Below are positions 50,472 through 62,846 of a stretch of 64,000 nucleotides of DNA, piece after piece. The stretch is taken from the NCBI GenBank assembly GCA_043228905.1, contig JBHGNT010000010.1, forward strand, positions 16,988,001-17,052,000, given 5' to 3'. The number at the start of each line of letters is the position of its first letter. The first letter of the stretch is position 1. Source of the DNA: Azolla caroliniana (lineage: Eukaryota > Plantae > Polypodiophyta). The notes beneath the pieces were generated by a model, which saw only the letters and a program-made list of their open reading frames with translations, did no database searches and was not told where the DNA came from. The position numbers and the translations under genes are program-made.

Positions 50472-52281
50472 GTACAACATCCAGGATCCCTTTGCTCACA
50501 TTCCGCTCTTTCGAGAATGGATGTCGGCGTTGCTTTCCAAACTGGCACGCTTCGCATACGCCCGTCATCTCGTTCGCGGTAAAGTTCGGGATTCCGATTA
50601 CGACTCCTTTCGATTGCATGTTCTGAAGTTTTTGGAGATTGATGGGGATGATTCTTTTGTGCCATAAATTTAAGTCTGTTTCGACTTTGAGGCCCTTTGC
50701 GAACATGGCCAATTTTACCTCGTTCGATTCGAAGATAAACATACGGCCTTCTCGTTGATCGTGAGCTACGACTTGACCGCCCCTTTCGATGAGCGTTGTT
50801 GAATCGTACTTGCATTCCTTGTTCGACAATCTAGCTGACTGAGACTAGGTTTTTCGTGATGGTGGGGACATGCAGTTCATTCTTGAGGTAGGTTTGTTTT
50901 CCGTCGTTTCCGAATGGGACGTTCCCGATATGCTGTATTGGATGCGCCGTGTAATCTCCTGTTTCGACATATCTAGGACATTCGGGCTTACGTAGTTCCC
51001 GAAACCAATCTTCATGAGACGTCATGTGATTCGATGCTCCCGAATCGACAAACCATACATTATTTGAGTCAGAGGCACTAGTTGAATCCTATGCTGACAT
51101 CGAGTGTGCTTTGTGTCTCATTACAAACATTCCGCTATGATCTTCGTACTCGGAATTTGTAGCGTAATTCGTAAACATTCCACTATGATTGTTGTAGTCA
51201 GAATACTATGCGTAGTTCGTGAGCAACAAGTTGAAGTCGAGTCTCCTACCTTTTTTTGGCACTCCTCTTCATAGTGGTCGTGTTTTCCACAATACCCAAA
51301 TTCGATCGGGTTGTTACGATTGCTTGGTCCGGCATGGTGACTCCCCCTTCTGCCGAACTCTCTGGGATAGTTCCTGTCTGCTTGCCATTGGTGGGGGTTA
51401 CGCTCTTGAGTCTGCCGACCATTACGGCCTTGTTCGAATCGACCTCTATTTCCATGGCCGAAATTTCTTCTATCATCCGACTGGGAGTAGAGCAAATGAC
51501 CCTCTAGTGCATTGCTCCTTTGTCGAGCGTGATTTTCCACAACCAACAATATTGATTGGAGATCGAAAAATGAAGGAGAGTTCTCCCTTGCAAGGATGGC
51601 CGATCTAATCGAGCCAAATCAAGGTGCTAAGCCACCGAGGCATATTTGCACCATCTTGTCATCGTCGATTACGACATTAATCGAACCGAGGGCATCACAC
51701 AACTCCTTGATCTTTAAGGTATAACCTGTGATCGACATGTCCCTTTGTTGCATGTTGTTTAGCTCCTGTCGAAGTTGGAGCTTTCGTGTAGCCGTGTTAG
51801 CCGCAAAAATCTTCTTGAGATTCCCCCAAGCTTCTTTCGGTGTTTTCGAATCTCGAATATAGCCAAGCATATTATCATGAACACATGATGCAAGGCAATA
51901 CGACACACAACTTGCGGCATGCTCCCAAGCGAGATAGTTGGTGTGTGTTGAGTTGGGTTGAGTTTCGTGCGCTCCTTCAATGTATCTCCAGTAACCTTGT
52001 CCGACAAGGCATTGATGCATCTTGTATTCCCAAGATGCGAAATTCGTTCTGTTAAGCTTCTCGGTAGGAAGAGCGCTACCCATATGAGTGTTCATTATGT
52101 CGATTTCTTTTCTGTTGATGAGCCGGTTCTGTTGATCGTCGGCGTGTACCACAACACAATTGAATAGATTTGATTAAGCAACCACACACTCTGATACCAT
52201 GTAACGAAATGAGGAGCAAGAGTGGCTGAGATGCAGCAGAAGGACTACGTGTGTGTATGCATGTGTGTGTGTACGTAAGGC

Positions 52282-52352
<71 letters not shown>

Positions 52353-53172
52353 GACTATATGTTACATTAACCAAAATACTTTCAACAATAACTAAGTTAC
52401 AAGGGGTTGGTTTAAATACCAACTAAGCTAGGCTAAGTGCCCTTTCTACTATTTACAAAACTAGCCCGGTGTCGCATTATTACGCGCGTGCATGGAGAAA
52501 GGCGGGACCACGGGGGTCTTGGACTAGGGAGCGATGGAGCGTAGGAAGTCGCACTTCACCGTTTTCGGGGCATCCCAGAAGCACACCGGAAGCAACCAAA
52601 GGGAGAGGGAGAAAGAGAGGGAGCGCGCGCTTGACACCGACTCGCACGCACGCACGCACACGCACACACACACACACAACTCACGCCCTCATGTACAGGA
52701 AACGCAGGAAAGGGAAAGCACCCAACACCAACAAAGACGCCAATATACACAGACAGACGCAAACGTATATATACATATATAGAAGAAGAATACATTCCCG
52801 GCTTCGAGCCGGACTGAGGTAGGTTACAGTAGTCGTCTGCTGCCAAGCCGCCGTCGGGGAGCTCTCAACTCGTCGCGCCGAGCGGGGTCTTGCACAGGAG
52901 GCCGAACCCAAGCCAACCCTGAGCGAACACGAAGGGGGAGAAGAAGAAGAAGAAACTAACTCTAAACCTAACGGTATACCCTCTAATGCAAAATGGGCAA
53001 CCCCTTTCACAAAGGGTGTTCCCTTCCTTTTATAGAACAAGGATAGGGATGTGTTACAATGTGGGATAAACCCCGACTTACATGGGACCGTCTGTCCCGA
53101 CTTGACTACTCTTCGGCGCCATAAAGGCGCCCTCGTTATTCACACTAAATGTACATGGGTGCGTACACACGC

Positions 53173-53816
53173 TGTCGAGGTATTCCTCGCGGATGCGTGG
53201 AATGAGGCGGGGCCTCGGGGGTCTTGTACCGAAGAGCAAGAGACAAAGGAGAAGGGAAGGGACCCACTACGTGTGGGCGTAGATTCACAGGTTCACGGCC
53301 CTTCAACACAAGACGCGAGTGGGACACCAACGCAGAGAGACACGAATGTATGTATATATATATTAACAAGGACAAACAACAAGAAGCACGAAGTCGGTTA
53401 CAACCGAACAGGCCGGCGAACATATGCCGATGCCTGTTCGTAAACGCACAGAAAGAATGGAGTAGGTTGGAGGTGCTGCCGGAAGCACTCGGGCATTCCT
53501 CAGAGCAGCGCGAGCCTCCCGAACCTGCACAGAAAGAAGCTACGGAGTTTGGAAGAGAGAGAAGCCTTCGGCCGACAACTCGACAGCACTTCGTCCTCTC
53601 TAACCGCGATCCCCCTTTTCTCCTCCCCGTCTCCCTCCTTTTATAGGCAAGAAAGGAGTCGTTTCCCATTAACTTCCTACCTACCGAATCTACCTACCTA
53701 GGATCTTCTATGTACCTAATTCTCTCTTATGTACTACATAAGACGTATGTGCATGAAGAGCCGGTTCCTACGCTCCGGTGCACCGATTCCGCTTGTGGAC
53801 GGTTTTTTTCACGACA
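53173..53816 (-). mobile_element. Solo LTR, right-arm copy
   Basis: Mirror of 13430-14073. Confidence 0.92.
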
Positions 53817-56396
53817 ACGCTGCACCCCGCCGATGTAACCAATGTTTCCCGGTTTCCGCCTCTGGCCGAAATTCTTCACGACATCCGCCCCCACCTAACC
53901 ACACATCCACCGGTATGTGCCAAGTCCGGTTGAAGGGTGAGAGATTTCGGCCGGTGAGAAACCGGTCTTCCGTGATCCGCATCTCGGCTCGCTGCCGGTT
54001 TGATCCGTCGGCTTCGATTCTTCCTTCACGCTTACCTCCCCGTAGGCTCGTTCGACCCGTCGATGGGTCCTCTGCCGCGATCTCCGTAGTACGCGTACTT
54101 CCGCTGGCCCTTGTTCGGCCGTATGAACGCCCTGCTCCCGTCGTATGCCCTTGTCCTCTCGCTGCCACCTTCCTTCTCCATGGTCTTACATCGCCGCGTC
54201 GGCTCGAACCGCCATGGTCTCCGGAACGGTGTGGAGGATCCCTTTTCGGTCAGATCGTGCATCGCCGCTCCCCGCATACTGGTGTCCTTTGCATCCGAGG
54301 AACACCCCGTAGTAGCCCGTAGGTCCTAAGTCTTCCGTTTGCCGTCATCCCCTCGCCCCCACCAGCTTGTCATCCCGGCTTGCCGTGTCAGACTTCGCTA
54401 CTTCGACGGAGCTACCGAGATCTACGAAGCAAGTGTGGAGGATCCTCCTCCGGCCTCTCTTGCCATCCCCTAACCCCGACCCGGTGTAGTCCACTAGGCA
54501 CTTGTCACCTCGTTCTCGGCACCTCCCTTGTGCCGTCTTCCGCTTCCTTCGTTCGGCCCCGCCCGCGCCGAACACCGTCTCGTAGTCACGCTTCGATCCG
54601 GCCCGCGATGGCCACTTGCGAGACTCTTGTTCTGTCCCAGGTGTGCCTTTCCAGCCTGACACACCTCCCCGTGTTTGCCCCTACCGGCTCCTTCCGAAAC
54701 CTCATGTCGTCGGGTCCTGTTCCCTGCCGCCACCGTCCTTCTCCCTCGGTCTTATGTTGCCACGTTGGCCGAACAGTCGTGGTCTCCGGATCGGTGTGAG
54801 GGTCCCATAGGACCGGACTTCCTTACGCCCATAGCCTTCGTCACCTCGCCGCCACCGTCAGTATCTTGGTCTTACGTCGACCGCGTTGCCGACTGCCGAA
54901 GTCTCTAGAACCGGTGTGAAGGATCCTCCGTAGGCTTCCGATCTGTAGCCCTTGCCTTCGTCACCTCGCCGCCACCGTCAGTATCTTGGTCTCACGTCGA
55001 CCGCGTTGCCGACTGCCGAAGTCTCTAGAACTGGTGTGAAGGATCCTCCGTAGGCTTCTCTCCGTATTTTCCGACCCTGTCCCGGGTCGTCCTTTTCCGC
55101 ATGCCGAGAGGGCGGTTTACTCCGCACCCTCTCCCGTGGTACCGACGTACCGTCTCCTCGGCCTCTTCGTAGGCCTTGCTCTCTTCCTCCCTCCCGGAAT
55201 GGTCATCTGGGAGTCCGTTCTGCCCGGTTCTCGTCCGGGTCCGTTCGTCCTTCTCCGGATTGCCGAGTCCCGTTCTCCTGTCGCCACCGATCTCTCTTAT
55301 AGGACTCACGCCGGCCCTCGGGCCTACATCCGGATCGGTGTAAGGAATCCCATAGGACCGGCTTGCATTCTCTTTCCAACTCTCGACCTTTGCCCGGTCG
55401 GTCTTTCTCCCCATGTAAAAGAGGGCGGCTCGTCCCGCACCCTCTCCCGTATAGGCACCTTTATGCCGAATCCGGCCCCTATCGAACGATCCACGACCGG
55501 ATTTTGCTCCATACGAATCGGAATGCCGATCTTCTCGTGCCGCTTCCGTCCTCGGCCTCCTCGCAGGCCGTTTCCCATTCGTCTTCGCTGGCATCGTGCC
55601 AGGACTCCTCGGTACCGCCATCCATCTCCTCGGTCTTACATGGGCATACGGGCCCGAATGCCGAGTTCTCCGGAATCGGGTCCGTGGGCTTTCGTCCGCT
55701 CCTTCCCCGTATCGTCTCGCCGATGATTCTTGGCCTTCCGCCGCCTTCCTCTGCTTGGGACTCATGTGGGCACTCGGGCCCGACTGCCATCGTCTCGGGA
55801 GCAAGTGTGGGAAGACACAAAGAATCGCCCGTCCATTTTACGCCCTTGTCCGTAGCCACCGACTCTTCGTGGTCGGCGGTCGTCTTCTTACCGATCGCGC
55901 AAGCCCCGTCTGGGCTTGCTTCCCCAATGACCGGGATCTCGGGCTGACACGCCCGAAACCGCTGGTCCCAACGTTCCGATTCCGCGATCGGTATCTCGGC
56001 CTCGTCCTTGGCCGTTCTATCTCTGCAAGTCGAGAGGGCGTTTCGTTCCGCATCCTCTCCCGTGGTACCGTCGTACCAATCTTCCGCCGTCACGTGGGGC
56101 AAGTCCATCTTCTCAGTCTCAGCATGCGGCCTCCGTCTTTCCTCCTCCTCGAGTATCGCCTCGAGAGCTGCGTACGCCTCCGCAATCCTGGCCCCAACGC
56201 CGACCTTTGCCGACTCTCTCTGCCGTTCGGCCTCTTCCCGTTGTGATGGCACGCCGTCGCGCCCCTTCCTCTTAGCCTTCTCGGCTCGCTCTTTGTCTAG
56301 CCGTTGGCACACCCTTCCTACCTTCGACTAGTCCTCCGTAAGCCCATTCGCTCCGTCATCGTCTTCGAGCTCAATCCCGATGGCCTCCCGTTCCGC

Positions 56397-56897
56397 TCAG
56401 TTGATCGACCTGACGAACAATAGGACCTTGTCCGCCCCCACCAAACCTTGTTCCCGCTCTGGGAGTCGAGCAAGCTGTCGCTCGAACTCTCGGAACGCCT
56501 TCGTCGCGCCCCGGTGGGTCTTTGCCGATGCTACCCACTGGTCGAAGTCGTGTCGTCCCCGGCTCTTCCGCCGTCCTCCGTATGCCTTCAGGAGCGCCTC
56601 TTCGAAGGCCTCCCACGAACTATGAGCCTCACGGAGCTCCTTTACTTCCGCATGCATCCGTACAGCTACGACCCGGCAGAATAACTCCAGCCTCAACGCC
56701 TCGTCTACACCACGCTCCTCCATTTCCGCGTTGTAGGCTTCCAAGTAAGATGGGACTTTGTCCCCGTTGAAACAGCTGACTCTTTCGACCACTCGCTCAA
56801 CCGCTTGTTGCGCTGCTTCTCGCCTCATCACCACTCGTGCCGACTCCAACACCACTTCGGCCACCATCTCCGCAAGGTCGTCGTCTTCCGACTCCAT
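56397..56897 (-). pseudogene. G3 gag fragment, right-arm copy
   Basis: Mirror of 10349-10849 with one R-to-C difference. Confidence 0.8.
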
Positions 56898-58629
56898 CCT
56901 CCCTTGCCGCCTTTCACGTCGGGTTCACCAAATATGTCGCGTTATTACGCGCATGCGTGGAGAAAGGCGGGACCACGGGGGTCTTGGACTAGGGAGCGAT
57001 GGAGCGTAGGAAGTCGCACTTCACCGTTTTCGGGGCATCCCAGAAGCACACCGGAAGCAACCAAAGGGAGAGGGAGAAAGAGAGGGAGCGCGCGCTTGAC
57101 ACCGACTCGCACGCACGCACGCACACGCACACGCACACACACAGCTCACGCCCTCATGTACAAGAAACGCAGGAAAGGGAAAGCACCCGACACCAACAAA
57201 GACGCCAATATATATAGACAGACGCAAACGTATATATACATATATAGAAGAAGAATACATTCCCGGCTTCGAGCCGGACTGAGGTAGGTTACAGTAGTCG
57301 TCTGCTGCCAAGCCGCCGTCGGGGAGCTCTTAGCTCATCGCGCCGAGCGGGGTCTTGCACAGGAGGCCGAACCCAAGCCAACCCTAAGCGAACACGAAGG
57401 GGGAGAAGAAGAAGAAGAAACTAACTCTAAACCTAACGGTATACCCTCTAATGCAAAATGGGCAACCCCTTTCACAAAGGGTGTTCCCTTCCTTTTATAG
57501 AACAAGGACAGGGATGTGTTACAATGTGGGATAAACCCCGACTTACATGGGACCGTCTGTCCCGACTTGACTACTCTTCGGCGCCATAAAGGCGCCCTCG
57601 TTATTCACACTAAATGTACATGGGTGCGTACACACGCTGCACCCCGCCGATGTAGCCAATGTTTCCCGGTTTCCGCCTCTGGCCGAAATTCTTCACGACA
57701 CCGGTATGTCCATGAGCTAGTGTGAAACCTATTACTATGGTAAGTTGAGTTCGACTCTCAACAAAGAGAAACAAATATCAACTTGAAAAAAGCATTTTGC
57801 CAACCATGGAGATAGTTTTGGCATCAACCCTCAAAAACCATACATTCTCTTTCTCCACATTTGATGATTTTCTTGTTCCCTTGAATCCTATTGCAACTCA
57901 AACTATGAAGAAGCCAAATTGCCCCAATGTAGACGATGACAAGAAAACAATAGATGGATCATGCCCTCATGGTGTAACATAAAAAGTATGCATCCAAGGG
58001 ACGCATATATTTTTGAATGTTGCACAAACACATCTGTCCACGAGGATATGGCTCGCCAGAGAGTGGGTGTCGTTGAGGCACATGGCAAACTTGAACTATG
58101 TATTTGATTTGGATTTCCTCTGACGAAATCAGCTTCTGTCGAAAATCAACGTTTTCTTTCTTTCGAGATGTTCAATTGCGGAAAAGGAAAAATGTCTCCA
58201 TCGCAGAGAACAATTGAACAAAAGGGAATTGTTTGGTTGCAACAATGCGTATCGGCGACCAATCATGTGATTAGAAGTTGGAAGTCCCTCGCACGAAGGT
58301 TATGACAGGTCATTGGTGATAAAAATAAATAAAAATTGGATTCCAATGTAGGCAGGGTGTGATTTGATCGATGATGAACCAAATCTCAAGGGAGAGGAAG
58401 AGGTGGCGAGGCCTCAAAGTTTTTGTTTTTACATACATATGAGAGGAGAAGGGTAGCATCCGGTGTAAATAGACTGAAAAGTTCGAAGGGATGCCCGGAT
58501 GTGTTACATTATATACATTATACATACATACTTACGAGAGGGGCAGCGTCCTGTGTAAATAGACTTTAAAATTTGAAGCTCTCCCTCTCCCTCTCTCTCT
58601 CTCTCACACACACACTGCACATACATATG

Positions 58630-58727
58630 TATAAAAAAAAGCTTCACTTCTCCTGGCTTCCTTGAGCTCCCATCTTCATCTTCATATAAAAAAAGCTTCA
58701 CTTCTCCTGGCTTCCTTGAGCTCCCAT
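58630..58727 (+). promoter_or_regulatory. Tandemly duplicated TATA-like box plus pyrimidine patch, putative TBC core promoter
   Basis: TATAAAAAAA(A)GCTTCACTTCTCCTGGCTTCCTTGAGCTCCCAT at 58630 and 58686, followed by CT-rich leader-like sequence. Promoter function is inferred. Confidence 0.45.
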
Positions 58728-58930
58728 TTCCATCTTCCCTGCTCCTTGAATTTTTAGGGTTTCTTGGTGGAGCTCGCCATTCCTGTTTGGCCCCTCCATC
58801 ACTCCATCACTCCATCACTCCATCACTCCATCACTCCCTCCCTCCCCTCCTCTTCTTCCTCCTTTCATTACCATTCTTTTCCTCCATCTCCCCCCCCTTC
58901 TAATCCTTAGCTCCCCCTGAATTTTCTCCT

Positions 58931-60355
58931 TCTTGTTCCGAGGAGGAGAATCCATTGCCGTTTGGTGCACTGCTTCGTTCTTACGCTTCGTGGGAGGTAT
59001 AATTATACTTTGGAAGGAGGCGTTTCCCCCTCCCCTTCCTTCTGTTTTCTTTTAGAGCTATGCAAAATTGTGGAAGTCTTTGTATCAACGTTTCTGCAAT
59101 TCTTACAGTTTACAGTTCTGGTCCGAGGAGGAGAATCCGTTGCCGTTTGGCATTGATCTTCGTTCCTACGCTGCCTGGAAGGTATTGTTTTACTGCGGAA
59201 GGAGCCGTTTTCTTCTTTCTTCTATTTCTTTTAGAGCCATGCGGAATTGTGGAAGTCTTCACGTCAACGTTTCTGCAATTCTTACAGTTCTGTTCTGAGA
59301 AGGGGAAAAAACCATTGCCGTTTGGCACAGAGATTTGTTCCTACGTTGCCTGGGAGGTATTAATTTACGGTGGAAGGAGGCGTTTCCGTCTTTCTTCTAT
59401 TTCTTTTAGAGCTATGTGGAATTGTGGAATTCTTTATGTCAACGGTTCTCTAACTCTTACAGTTCTGTTCTGAAGAGGAGAATCCATTGCCGTTTGGCAC
59501 AGAGCTTTGTTCTTACACTGCCTGGGAGGTATTATTTTACTGCGGAAGTAGGCGTTTCAGTCTTTCTTCTATTTCCTTTAGAACTATGCGGAATTGTGGA
59601 AGTCTTCATGTCAACTTTTCTGCAACCCTTACAGTTCCGTTCTGAGGAGGAGAAACCATTGCCGTTTGGCACAGAGCTTTGTTCCTACGCTGCCTGGGAG
59701 GTATGTAGTTACTGCGGAAGGAGGCGTTTCCCTCGTCCTTCTACTTCTTTTAGAGCCATGCGGAATTGTGAAAGTCTTCATGTCAACGTTTCTGTAACTG
59801 TTACAGTTCTGTTCTGAGAAGGAGTATCCATTGCCGTTTGGCACAGACCTTCGTTCCTAGACTGCCAGGAAGGTATTAAGTTACTGTGGAAGTAGGCGTT
59901 TCCGTCTTTCTTCTATTCTTTTAGAGCTATGCGGAATTGTGGAAGTCTTCATGTCAACGTTTCTGCAACTCTTACAGTTCTGTTCTGAGGAGGAGAATCT
60001 ATTGCCGTTTGGCACAGAGCTTTGCTCCTACGCTGCCTGGGAGGTATTAATTTACTGCGGGAGGAGGCGTTTCTCTCTTTCTTTTATTTCTTTTAGAGCC
60101 ATGCGGAATTGTGGAAGTCTTCGTGTCAACGTTTCTGCAACTCTTACAGTTCTATTATCTGGAGGAGAATCCATTGCTGTTTGGCACAGAGGCTCGTTCC
60201 TAGACTGCCTGGGAGGTATTAATTTACCGTGGAAGGAGGCGTTTCCAGCTTCGAGGTATTTTTATTCTGTGAAAGGAGACGTTTGCCCCTCTCCTCCGTT
60301 TCGTTTAATTCTTTGCGGAATTATGGAAGTCTTGATGTCAACGTTTCTGCAACAG
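58931..60355 (+). repeat. ~172-bp tandem array, ~8 units with intron/exon-like architecture, upstream of TBC copy 2
   Basis: Each unit reads TTACAG | 66-nt block | AG GTAT. Mirror of 6899-8323. Confidence 0.95.
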
Positions 60356-61042
60356 GCTTGTAGGTGAAGCTGCTGGCAATGACAATCAGCATTATATCCC
60401 TAAACGGTAGAAAGTAAGTAGTCTACAGAATCTTCTTTTGATTCAAGAAACCTCCTATTTCTTGGTTTGTATTCTCAATCCCCTTTCGAAGTTTCAAGAG
60501 GTGTTTTTAGTCGGGTTTTTTTACTGTCTTCTGTAAGATTTCGCTGAGCATTGACCTTCTCCAAGGATCTGAACAGTTCTAATAGGGTTTTCTGATCAAA
60601 GACTATGTGTTTTTTGCAACGGGAAAGGAAGGTTTCTGGTGTTTTAGGTATTTGTGTAGACTTGTGAAAGAAAGCTCTTTATTTTGTCTCTTTCTTCTTG
60701 TGAGCTATATACATGGGGAATTGCTTGCATAAGTCTTTCCGTTTTGTATGTGTCTTCGTGCGTATAAATTCTCAAACAGCTAATTATCATCTTCCGAACT
60801 CAATTGCTTTTTACAATTCTCTCTCATATCAGTTTGTGCTTCAAAATTCTTTAACAGTTATTTTTGTATTCCCGGTTATGTCTATGTATGCTATATATAT
60901 TGTGAAAGAAAAGCTGTGTCTGTTTGTGCGTGAAATTTCTTTCACAGTATATTTCTTATTCTGAACATAAAAGAAATTTGCATTCCCTTTGTACCTATGT
61001 ATGCTTTCTAATTGTCAAATGGCTATACGTAAATATTGTGTA

Positions 61043-62846
61043 ATGAAAGCTCTGTCTGTTTGTGGTTGCGAGTCCTTGAACAGGTATGTTTCTTATTCTG
61101 AAAGGAGAAGGTGTTTGTTTTACCGTTTGTGTCTACGTATGCAAATCGTCAAATAGTTGTAAAAGAAAAGCGTTGTCCATGTCTGTGCAGCAACCCTCGT
61201 TAAACAGTTGATGTATCTTCTGAAAACAAAAGCCTTGTTTGTTTTTTGGAGAAGATATTAGAGGAAAAACCTTTACTTTATACTAAATGTATGCGGCTTT
61301 ATTTTTTCTGTTTGTTAAGGTTATGATAGAGTTTATCTTTCTTTTGTGAATATGATAGGCACCTGCCTAAGAATGGTAAGAAGAACTGCCTCCCCCTCAC
61401 ACCAAAGCAATGGAAGAATGCATTTGACAAAGAAACAGGGCGATTACTCAATGGTAACAAAATTTTGCAAAGGGTTCGCCATGGGGTGCGTACATATTCT
61501 ATTTATTTTGTTTGAGACTATAGGTCTGATAATAGTGAATTGCAGCTTACATCTTCTTTATTTGAGCAGGGTGTGGAAGCCAGCATACGGGCTGAAGTCT
61601 GGCCTTTCCTATTGAACTTGTATGGGATTTCTCTCACACTGAAATCTTTTCTGTTTCTGGCTTGATGAGTCTCTGTCTCATCCAATTTGTTTTGTTTTGC
61701 AGCTACGGATTGGAAAGCACACAGAAGGAAAGGGAGGAAGAAAGACTCGTGAGAAGGTAATAATATAATAATTAAAGGAAATTAAAAAAATGCAAACCCG
61801 CACGATTCACACTCTAGATTGTTTCTTCGTCTATTTGTAGCCAAGTGTACGAGGATTTGAAATGGAGATGTAAAGTCGTACGCGAGAGTATCTCATCCCA
61901 GAGAAAGATGACCTCTGAAGATGTAATCCCATGTGAAGGAATGGAAGCAGACAGATTGGTGGCATTTCAGAGAAGCAAGTCCGGTTTGGTCGAAATGGAT
62001 GCCAAGGCGAAGCAAGAATTTATCAATTGGCAGCGAATTATGAGGCTGGATGCAGTGCGCATAAATGCTGACTGGGTTCAACTCTCTTCCTCTCAAGCAA
62101 ACATATCAAAAGGAGTAGCCAATCAACTAGCTATGGAGGTGGGCTTGAGGGATAATATATTAGAGCCATCCTTGCAACATCACGCTGCAAGATTGGTGTC
62201 CATACTGGAAGTATATGCCTTATATGATCCTGAGATTGGATACTGCCAAGGAATGAGTGACCTTCTATCACCATTCGTTGCCCACTTAGATGAAGATTAT
62301 CAAGCCTTCTGGTGCTTTGCATCATTTATGGATGCTGCTCGGCACAACTTCAGGATGGATGAAGAGGGTATTAAGCGGCAATTGCAAACAGTTTCCCGAA
62401 TTGTGAAGCACAGTGATCCGCAGCTTTACAAGCATTTTGAGAAGATTGGTGCTGTTGACTGCTATTTCATCTACAGAATGGTAGTGGTCCTCATGAGGAG
62501 AGAACTGTCCTATGAGCAAACAATATCCTTCTGGGAGACTCTCTGGGCAGATCGAACTGCAGTGAGGCTTGATAAAGTGAAGATGTCCTGCAGGCGAGGT
62601 CGGGGTAAAGCCCCACCCACTAATGATCTACTCCTTTATGTCATAGCTGCTGCAATAAGGCAGAAACGAAGGGTGATCATGGACAACTGCGTGTGCATGG
62701 AAGAGGTGCTTGAAGAATGCAATGGCATGTCAGGAAATCTGAATATATGGGTCCTCTTGGATGATGCACGGAGTCTAATAACATCGTTTCATCATAAAAT
62801 CTCTGATGATTTATCTAATGGAGTCCTCGTCAAAAAAGAAGGATGA
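61043..62846 (+). CDS. TBC-domain Rab GTPase-activating protein, copy 2, ~425 aa
   Basis: Exons 61043-61083, 61359-61485, 61570-61619, 61703-61756 and 61841-62846. The last-exon translation is identical to copy 1 in the ORF track. Confidence 0.9.

Larger units (their letters stand above)
52470..57700 (-). mobile_element. G3, right-arm copy
   Basis: Mirror of 9546-14776. TSD CCGG at 52466-52469 and 57701-57704. Confidence 0.92.
47412..57763 (-). mobile_element. Copia C1, decayed near-full-length copy
   Basis: 5' LTR 57763-52200 is split by G3. PBS-iMet 52199-52189, gag 52095-51619, and broken PR/INT/RT/RH ORFs (48924-49388, 47859-48254). Diverged 3' LTR 47738-47412. No clean TSD. Confidence 0.85.

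Noticed and set aside
4408-62846. Hairpin RNA formed from the two TBC copies
   Set aside because: The genes point away from each other and are more than 50 kb apart, so their own promoters would not yield one fold-back transcript.
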